This document shows, piece after piece, positions 1 through 5,287 of a stretch of DNA of 24,000 bases; position 1 is the stretch's first letter, and each line of letters opens with the position of its first letter. The translations under genes were made by a program, and so were the position numbers. Location: the NCBI GenBank assembly GCA_963817405.1, contig CAWFNW010000002.1:313655-337654 (forward strand), written 5' to 3'. Origin of the DNA: an uncultured Actinomycetes bacterium (GTDB lineage Bacteria > Actinomycetota > Coriobacteriia > Anaerosomatales > Anaerosomataceae). A model generated the notes under the pieces. It worked only from the letters and a program-made list of their open reading frames with translations. It was not told the origin of the DNA and searched no databases.

Positions 1-435
1 TTCTTCGATACGCCCGGGGAAGTGGCGGCCGAGCTCCTCGAGCGCCCCGGAGCGGACGATCGCGTCGAAGGGGGTCTCGCCCGGGAGCAGCGCGTCTTCA
101 GGCCAGTCGCCCAAGAAGTAGGTGGGCGGCTCGTACAGGTCGTGCACGACGACAGTCCCGAGCTCGGCGATGAAGGCCCGCCAGCCGAGGACTCGGCTGA
201 GTTCCATGCACTGGAGACGGTTCCTGCCCGTTGTGACGACGGCGGCGAGCCCCGCGCGGTTGACCGCCACGACCGCCTCGGCGGTTGCGACCGAGGGCGC
301 ACCGTGGGCATCGCCCAGGAGCAGCCCGCCGGGCGCGAAGAGCGTGCCGTCGAGGTCGGTGAAGAGCACGCTCGCCCGGGCGAGAGTCCCGGGAACGTCG
401 AGCCCTTCGTCGAGGTAGGGTATGCGGTGTGGCAC
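1..435 (-). CDS. HAD-superfamily hydrolase (Cof/HAD-IIB-like); C-terminal part lies outside the window
   Basis: This frame runs open to the window edge and is not in the supplied ORF track. My translation from GTG at 435 reads VPHRIPYLDEGLDVPGTLARASVLFTDLDGTLFAPGG...AAVVTTGRNRLQCMEL...GRHFPGRIEE. It has HAD motif I (DxDGT in FTDLDGTL) and a TTGR motif-II-like segment. A GGAAGGAG Shine-Dalgarno sits at 441-448 with a 5-nt spacer. The track ORFs covering this stretch (22..576 +, 98..640 -) are Arg/Pro-rich with no motifs. Confidence 0.6.
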   Translation of the reverse strand, partial: MPHRIPYLDEGLDVPGTLARASVLFTDLDGTLFAPGGLLLGDAHGAPSVATAEAVVAVNRAGLAAVVTTGRNRLQCMELSRVLGWRAFIAELGTVVVHDLYEPPTYFLGDWPEDALLPGETPFDAIVRSGALEELGRHFPGRIEE

Positions 436-520
436 CGGAGCTCCTTCCGAAGCGGTCGCACCCATTGTAGGGGTAGCGGCGACGCCAGTCGGCACTGCGC
501 CCCCAACGGGGCGCTCGTCG

Positions 521-526
521 TATACT
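521..526 (+). promoter_or_regulatory. Candidate -10 hexamer TATACT upstream of the CHAD gene
   Basis: TATACT lies 72 nt upstream of the ATG at 598, in the divergent HAD/CHAD intergenic region. A 7-bp hairpin (GCGCCCC caac GGGGCGC, 497-514) sits where a -35 element would be. No convincing -35 hexamer. Confidence 0.25.
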
Positions 527-597
527 CCTCACAGGCCGGACGACTCGGTCCGCCGGTCGGTCGGGTTGCCGTTTGAGACGGAAGCGGGTTTCGCGGG

Positions 598-1704
598 ATG
601 AAGAGCAAGTTCGCCATCGACGGCGTCGGCGCAGCAACACCCCTCGGCGAGGCTGCGCCTGCGCTGCTGCTCGCCAAGGCGGAGCCGCTCTTCGCGCTCG
701 AAGAGGCGGCGCGCGGGGGTGCGGACGCCGACGCGGTCCATGACATGCGGGTCGCGTCGCGACGGCTTCGCGAGGCGATGCGGTTGCTCGCGCCGCTCTA
801 TCCGGGTCGCGAGTTCTCTCGGTGGTATCGCCGCATCCGGAAAGTGACGCGTGCGCTCGGTCCGGTACGCGACTCAGACGTCTTCATCGAGGAGTTCTCG
901 CGCTTGGCGCCCGAGTTCGGCGAGGGCGGCCGCCGAGCGGTGGCGTTCTTCGTCGGGCACCGGATGGGCCAGCGCGAGCACGAGCTCGAGGTGCTCAACG
1001 GGCAGCTCGCGGCACTCGATCTGGAGAGGAACCGTGCGTCGCTCGACGCGCTCGCGCACGCGGTCGCCGGCACGCCGGATGCGGCGCGGCCCTTCGCGGA
1101 CTTCGCGCACGCGGCGGTCGCCGAGCGAGCGTCAGCGGTGTTTGGCGCGCAGCCAGAGGCGCTCGACGAGCGCAACATCGCCGAGCAGCACGCGCTCCGG
1201 ATCGACTACAAGCGGCTTCGTTATGCGGTCGAGGCGTTCGCGCCGTGCTACGAGGAGGACTTCGACGCGCTGCATGCAACGCTCGTGGCGTTCCAGGACG
1301 CGCTTGGCACCATGCACGATTTGCATGTCTTCCTGGACTTGGTACGCGACCCGGACCGTGCGGTGGCTGCGGGTCGCGCGGGAGTCAGCGCTCTTGACCG
1401 TGCCGAGGTTGAGCAGGTGCTCGGCACGCACGCCCATGAGGCGTTCGAGGGCTTCGCGGCACTCGCGGTGGAGCATCCCGCAGAGCGCCTGATCCCGAGC
1501 CTCCTGTTGCCGCTCGCCCGCGGACCCGTTCGCGCCCGCGTCGCGGACGCAGCGGCACGAGCACCGGTGACGCTCACGCTCGACGACGAGATCGTCGTCC
1601 CGTCACCGGTCGAGATCGGTGCCGAGCCGTGGGCCGAGGGGTGGGAGTCCTCGGGACTCGGGCTAGATCGCCTTGTGCCGCCCGAGGAGCCGGTCGAGGG
1701 CTGA
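598..1704 (+). CDS. CHAD-domain protein (polyphosphate-granule-associated family)
   Basis: 368-aa ORF with the repeated CHAD signatures: VHDMRVASRRLREAMRLL, LGPVRDSDVF, EQHALRIDYKRLRYAVEAF and LQDALGTMHDLHVF. An acidic C-terminal extension of about 70 aa follows. The 3' end overlaps the convergent gene by 42 nt. Confidence 0.85.
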   Translation: MKSKFAIDGVGAATPLGEAAPALLLAKAEPLFALEEAARGGADADAVHDMRVASRRLREAMRLLAPLYPGREFSRWYRRIRKVTRALGPVRDSDVFIEEFSRLAPEFGEGGRRAVAFFVGHRMGQREHELEVLNGQLAALDLERNRASLDALAHAVAGTPDAARPFADFAHAAVAERASAVFGAQPEALDERNIAEQHALRIDYKRLRYAVEAFAPCYEEDFDALHATLVAFQDALGTMHDLHVFLDLVRDPDRAVAAGRAGVSALDRAEVEQVLGTHAHEAFEGFAALAVEHPAERLIPSLLLPLARGPVRARVADAAARAPVTLTLDDEIVVPSPVEIGAEPWAEGWESSGLGLDRLVPPEEPVEG

Positions 1705-2142
1705 CAGCGCTTTCAGGCGTTCGATGCGGGTCCGCTGTGCCTCCAGCTCGGCCGCGAGCTTCTCTGCGCGCTCGCGCTCGATCTCGAGCGCCTTCTGCTG
1801 TTCCTGAGCAACCGCACGCGCCCACGCTACCTGCGCGAGCAGGTTGGTGCGGTCGGCTTCCAGGCGCGAGATGCGCGCGATCGCCGTGGTCTCCTCGTCG
1901 GCGGGCGGCTCCGCCTCCTTCGCGCGTCGAAGCGCCTTGAGATCCTCCGCCGTGAAGAGGAAGCGGCCGTCACCTTTGCCGCCCGCCCGCTTCGGTGCCA
2001 CGGTCCCGGCGGCGACCTGCCCGCGGATCCACTTCGCGCCGACGCCCAGGTCGGCAGCCACCTGTTTGATGCCGAGCGCACTGGCCGCGTTGGGCTTCCC
2101 GGCTGGCGCCTTCACGTTCGCGCTCGTCCGTCGCTTCGCCAC
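1663..2142 (-). CDS. Hypothetical DNA-binding protein: N-terminal excisionase/MerR-like HTH plus C-terminal coiled coil
   Basis: The track ORF 1663..2346 is trimmed to GTG at 2142 (VAKRRTSANVK...), because the upstream part is Arg/Pro-rich junk. The HTH-like segment is LGIKQVAADLGVGAKWIRGQVAAGTV, followed by a wing (GRFLFTAEDLKALRRA). The C-terminal ~80 aa is heptad-like and E/A/R/L/Q-rich (LLAQVAWARAVAQEQQKALEIERERAEKLAAELEAQRTRIERLKAL). The start codon is uncertain. Confidence 0.55.
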   Translation of the reverse strand: MAKRRTSANVKAPAGKPNAASALGIKQVAADLGVGAKWIRGQVAAGTVAPKRAGGKGDGRFLFTAEDLKALRRAKEAEPPADEETTAIARISRLEADRTNLLAQVAWARAVAQEQQKALEIERERAEKLAAELEAQRTRIERLKALSALDRLLGRHKAI

Positions 2143-2242
2143 GTGGAGGCCCCTTCGCCGTCGCTGCCGAGGTACGTGCGCGGGGTGCGGAAGACACCTG
2201 CGCGCACTACCGAGTGTACCGTACCGCTGGCGGCTGGTGCGG

Positions 2243-2248
2243 TACAGT
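2243..2248 (+). promoter_or_regulatory. Candidate -10 hexamer TACAGT for the CYTH-ppx operon
   Basis: TACAGT lies 30 nt upstream of the GTG at 2278 and overlaps the right arm of a 7-bp inverted repeat (see findings). No clear -35. Confidence 0.25.
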
Positions 2249-2277
2249 GAGGCGAGGGTCCCATGAGAGGAGCCATC

Positions 2278-2754
2278 GTGGAGATCGAACGGAAGTTCCT
2301 GGTCACCGACCTGCCCGAGGGGCACGGATCGGCGCCGTCGGCCCACCTGCGTCAGGGATACCTGCTGGTCGCGCCGCGGGGATCGGCTCGTCTCCGGGAC
2401 GCAGACGGGAATCGCACGCTGACGGTGAAGTCGGGCTCCGGCCTCGTCCGCTCAGAGCACGAGATCGCGATCACGCACGACCAGTTCGAGGCGCTCTGGC
2501 CCGCGACCGCGGGCCGACGGCTCGAGAAGCGCCGGTACCGACTGCCGGTCGGGGACCTCGCCTTCGAAATCGACGTCTTCGAGGGAGACCTGAGCGGGCT
2601 CGTGCTGGTCGAAGTGGAGTTCGAGAGCGAGGCCGAGGCCTCGGCGTTCGTGCCGCCGGCCTGGTTCGGCACTGAAGTCACCGACGATCCCGCATACACC
2701 AACGCATCGCTCGCAACGCGCGGCCGTGCACTCGGCGAGGCGGCGATGCGGTGA
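2278..2754 (+). CDS. CYTH-domain protein (triphosphate tunnel metalloenzyme family)
   Basis: N-terminal EIERKFLV is the CYTH ExExK signature. Further acidic strands fit a tunnel fold (EHEIAI, FEIDVFEG, LVLVEVEFESE). I prefer GTG at 2278 because an AGAGGAG Shine-Dalgarno lies 7 nt upstream; the track start ATG at 2263 is the in-frame alternative. The stop overlaps the ppx start (GTGA at 2751-2754). Confidence 0.85.
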   Translation: MEIERKFLVTDLPEGHGSAPSAHLRQGYLLVAPRGSARLRDADGNRTLTVKSGSGLVRSEHEIAITHDQFEALWPATAGRRLEKRRYRLPVGDLAFEIDVFEGDLSGLVLVEVEFESEAEASAFVPPAWFGTEVTDDPAYTNASLATRGRALGEAAMR

Positions 2755-4277
2755 GGATCGCCGCGATCGACATCGGCAGCAACTCGATCCGCTGCACCAT
2801 CGTGGACGTCGCGGAGGATGGGCGCCGCACGACCCTCGACGAGGAGAAGGCGTACGTGCGGCTCGGCCGGGGCGTTGCGTACACGGGACGGCTCGACGAT
2901 GCGGCCATGGACGAGGCGACCGCCGCCCTCGATCGCGTGCTGCAGATCGCGCGCGGACAGGGCGTCACCTTGGTGCGCGCGGTGGCGACAGCCGCCGTCC
3001 GCACCGCATCCAACGGTCCTGAGTTCGTCGAGCGCCTGCGCACTGAGATCGGTTTGGAGGTCGAGGTGATCTCGAGCGAGCACGAGGGACGGCTCTCGCT
3101 CCTGAGTGCTCTCGACGGGCTGGCGCTCGACGGCAGCATCACCGTGGTGGACATCGGCGGCGGCTCGGTGGAGATCGTGCGCGCGCTCGGGCGCGTGATC
3201 GCCAAAGTCGCGTCGGTCCCCCTCGGCGCGGTCGTCCTGTCCGACCGCTTCGGGAACGCAGACCCGATGCCGAAGGCCGATGCGCGCCGGCTCAAAGCCT
3301 ACGTTCGGGACACGCTCGCCAGTGCGCTCGACGCCGCCGACCCGCCGTCCGAGGTCATGGTGGGGTCCGGCGGCACCGTCACCACGCTTGCCGCGATCAT
3401 CGCTGCCGAGCGCGACCCGGCGCCCGTGAACGTCCACGGCTTCGTGATCACCCGAGAGGACCTGGGGGCTCTGCGTGCGCGCCTCGTTGCGAGCACGGCC
3501 CGGGAGCGGGAGGCGATGCGCGGGATGTCGGCGAGTCGTGTGGACCTCATCGTTGCGGGTGCCGTTGTGCTCGACGAGGCCGTGCGAGCGCTCGGGGCTC
3601 CGTCGGTGCTGGTCAACGCGCGGGGAATGCGTGCGGGTATCGTGATCGAGGCGATCGAGCGCGAGCGCGGCGCGGGGACGCCCGTCGAGCGCATGGCCGC
3701 GGCCCGCGAGTTCGCGCAGTCCTGCAAAGCCGACGCCGCGCACGCCGAACAGGTCCGCCGCCTCGCCCTCAAGCTCTTCGATGCGCTTGCGGAACCCTTG
3801 GGCATCGACGTGGAACAGCGCCCGATGCTCGAGGCCGCCGCGATCCTCCACGACGTCGGCTACACGATCTCGTACGAGGGCCACAACAAACACAGCTACC
3901 AGCTGATCACGCACGCCGACCTTCCCGGCTTCACGGCCGCCGAGCGCCAGGTCATCGCTGCGGTCGCTCGCTATCATCGGGGCAGTGTGCCGAAGTCCCG
4001 CCACGAGGCGATGCAGGGCCTGAGCGAGAGCCAGGCAGCGACGGTGGGCGTGCTTGCGTCGCTGTTGCGGGTCGCGGACGGCCTCGATCGTTCGCAGGCG
4101 CAGCGGGTGGATGAGGTGACTGCGGAGGTGAGTGCCGCCGGAGTGTGCCTGCGGATCACCGGTGAGCTGCCCCTGGACGCAGAGATCTACGGTGCCCTGC
4201 ACAAGGCCGACCTGCTCGAGCAGGTATTCGGCGTGCCGGTCTCGGTGACGGGCCCGGGGACTCGGCAGCCCGTCTAG
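2751..4277 (+). CDS. ppx: Exopolyphosphatase / guanosine pentaphosphate phosphohydrolase (Ppx/GppA family) with C-terminal HD domain
   Basis: 508 aa. The N-terminus MRIAAIDIGSNSIRCTIVDV is the classic Ppx/GppA actin-like ATPase phosphate-1 motif, and VVDIGGGSVE is the second. The C-terminal HD-type region reads AAILHDVGYTISYEGHNKHSYQLI. The 4-nt GTGA overlap with the CYTH gene suggests translational coupling. Confidence 0.93.
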   Translation: MRIAAIDIGSNSIRCTIVDVAEDGRRTTLDEEKAYVRLGRGVAYTGRLDDAAMDEATAALDRVLQIARGQGVTLVRAVATAAVRTASNGPEFVERLRTEIGLEVEVISSEHEGRLSLLSALDGLALDGSITVVDIGGGSVEIVRALGRVIAKVASVPLGAVVLSDRFGNADPMPKADARRLKAYVRDTLASALDAADPPSEVMVGSGGTVTTLAAIIAAERDPAPVNVHGFVITREDLGALRARLVASTAREREAMRGMSASRVDLIVAGAVVLDEAVRALGAPSVLVNARGMRAGIVIEAIERERGAGTPVERMAAAREFAQSCKADAAHAEQVRRLALKLFDALAEPLGIDVEQRPMLEAAAILHDVGYTISYEGHNKHSYQLITHADLPGFTAAERQVIAAVARYHRGSVPKSRHEAMQGLSESQAATVGVLASLLRVADGLDRSQAQRVDEVTAEVSAAGVCLRITGELPLDAEIYGALHKADLLEQVFGVPVSVTGPGTRQPV

Positions 4278-4423
4278 CGCGGGTCGTAGCTCCCGCACGT
4301 TGTGTCTTTGGCAGACCGCGGCTTCTTGTGATGGCGGCAGTAGCCGCCCTTCTTGTCGGGGTCGAAGTTCTTACAGCTGCCGCAGAGGGTCTGCTTCTTC
4401 TTGCCGGACTTCTTCTTGCCCAT
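4274..4423 (-). CDS. Small (49 aa) lysine-rich, 4-Cys putative zinc-ribbon protein; not in the ORF track
   Basis: My translation is MGKKKSGKKKQTLCGSCKNFDPDKKGGYCRHHKKPRSAKDTTCGSYDPR*. A GGAGGG Shine-Dalgarno lies within GGAACGGAGGGCTGC directly before the ATG at 4423. The ORF starts 15 nt after the ppk2 stop on the same strand. About 44 of 49 codons end in G or C, matching the coding bias of neighbouring genes. The Cys pattern is CxxC-x11-C-x13-C with an adjacent HH. Its TAG (4274-4276) shares the palindrome CTAG with the ppx TAG (4275-4277). Confidence 0.6.
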   Translation of the reverse strand: MGKKKSGKKKQTLCGSCKNFDPDKKGGYCRHHKKPRSAKDTTCGSYDPR

Positions 4424-4438
4424 GCAGCCCTCCGTTCC

Positions 4439-5287
4439 TCAGTAGACCTCGGGCACGTAGGTCTGCGTGTCGATGGGCGGGCGCACGTAGCCGCTGCTGG
4501 CCTTCTTGCGCGGCGGGAGCTTGAACGGCTCCGTCAGCACGTCCTCGTACGGGATCTGGGTCAGGAGATGGTTGATGCAGTTGAGGCGAGCGCGCTTCTT
4601 CACGTCGGCCTCGACGACCCACCACGGCGACTCCTTGATGTCCGTGAACTTGAACATCTCGTCCTTCGCTCGGGAGAAGTTCTCCCACAGGTCCCGGCCC
4701 TTGAGGTCGATCTCGGAGAACTTCCACCGTTTCAGCGGGTCGTCGATGCGCTCCTGGAAGCGCCGGTCCTGCTCCTCGTCGGAGATCGAGAGCCAGTACT
4801 TGATGAGGATGATGCCCGAGCGCTTGAGCATGCGCTCGAACTCGGGGCAGTCGCGGAAGAACTCCTGCACCTGCTCCTCAGTGGCCCACCCCATCACCCG
4901 CTCGATGACGGCGCGGTTGTACCAAGAGCGGTCGAACAGCACGATCTCTCCCGCGCCGGGGAGCTGGGCCGCGTAGCGCTGGAAGTACCACTGCGTGGTC
5001 TCGCGCTCGGTGGGCGCGGGAAGCGCTACGACGCGGCACACGCGCGGGTTGAGCGCCTCGGTGATGCGCTTGATGATGCCGCCCTTGCCGGCGGCATCGC
5101 GACCCTCGAACACGACGATGACGCGCAGGCCCTCCTTCTTCACCCACTCCTGCAGCTTCACGAGCTCGATCTGCAGCTTCTCGAGCTCGCTGAGGTAGGT
5201 CTGCATGTCCATCTTCTGCGGCTTGGGACCGCCGGGCTCCTCGGCCTCTGCGTGGTACGTCTTCTTGGACGAATCATGCTTGCTCAT
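4439..5287 (-). CDS. ppk2: Polyphosphate kinase 2 (single-domain PPK2)
   Basis: The track ORF 4439..5713 is trimmed to ATG at 5287 (MSKHDSSKKTYHAEAEE...), giving 282 aa. It has the PPK2 Walker-A-like motif VVFEGRDAAGKGG, followed by RVVALPAPTERETTQWYFQRY and FDRSWYNRA. An AAGGGGAG Shine-Dalgarno lies upstream. The ATG overlaps the ppk1 TGA (ATGA at 5284-5287). Confidence 0.92.
   Translation of the reverse strand: MSKHDSSKKTYHAEAEEPGGPKPQKMDMQTYLSELEKLQIELVKLQEWVKKEGLRVIVVFEGRDAAGKGGIIKRITEALNPRVCRVVALPAPTERETTQWYFQRYAAQLPGAGEIVLFDRSWYNRAVIERVMGWATEEQVQEFFRDCPEFERMLKRSGIILIKYWLSISDEEQDRRFQERIDDPLKRWKFSEIDLKGRDLWENFSRAKDEMFKFTDIKESPWWVVEADVKKRARLNCINHLLTQIPYEDVLTEPFKLPPRKKASSGYVRPPIDTQTYVPEVY

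Noticed and set aside
22-640. Track ORFs 22..576 (+) and 98..640 (-)
   Set aside because: Both give low-complexity Arg/Gly/Pro-rich products. The third minus-strand frame, open to the window edge, gives a HAD hydrolase with the DxDGT motif and a good Shine-Dalgarno, so it is the real gene.
2352-4298. 648-aa minus-strand ORF covering the whole ppx region
   Set aside because: It is antisense to a Ppx/GppA gene with textbook motifs. Its product is Arg/Gly/Asp/His-rich with no recognisable motif. Long open antisense frames are expected in high-GC DNA because stop codons are AT-rich.
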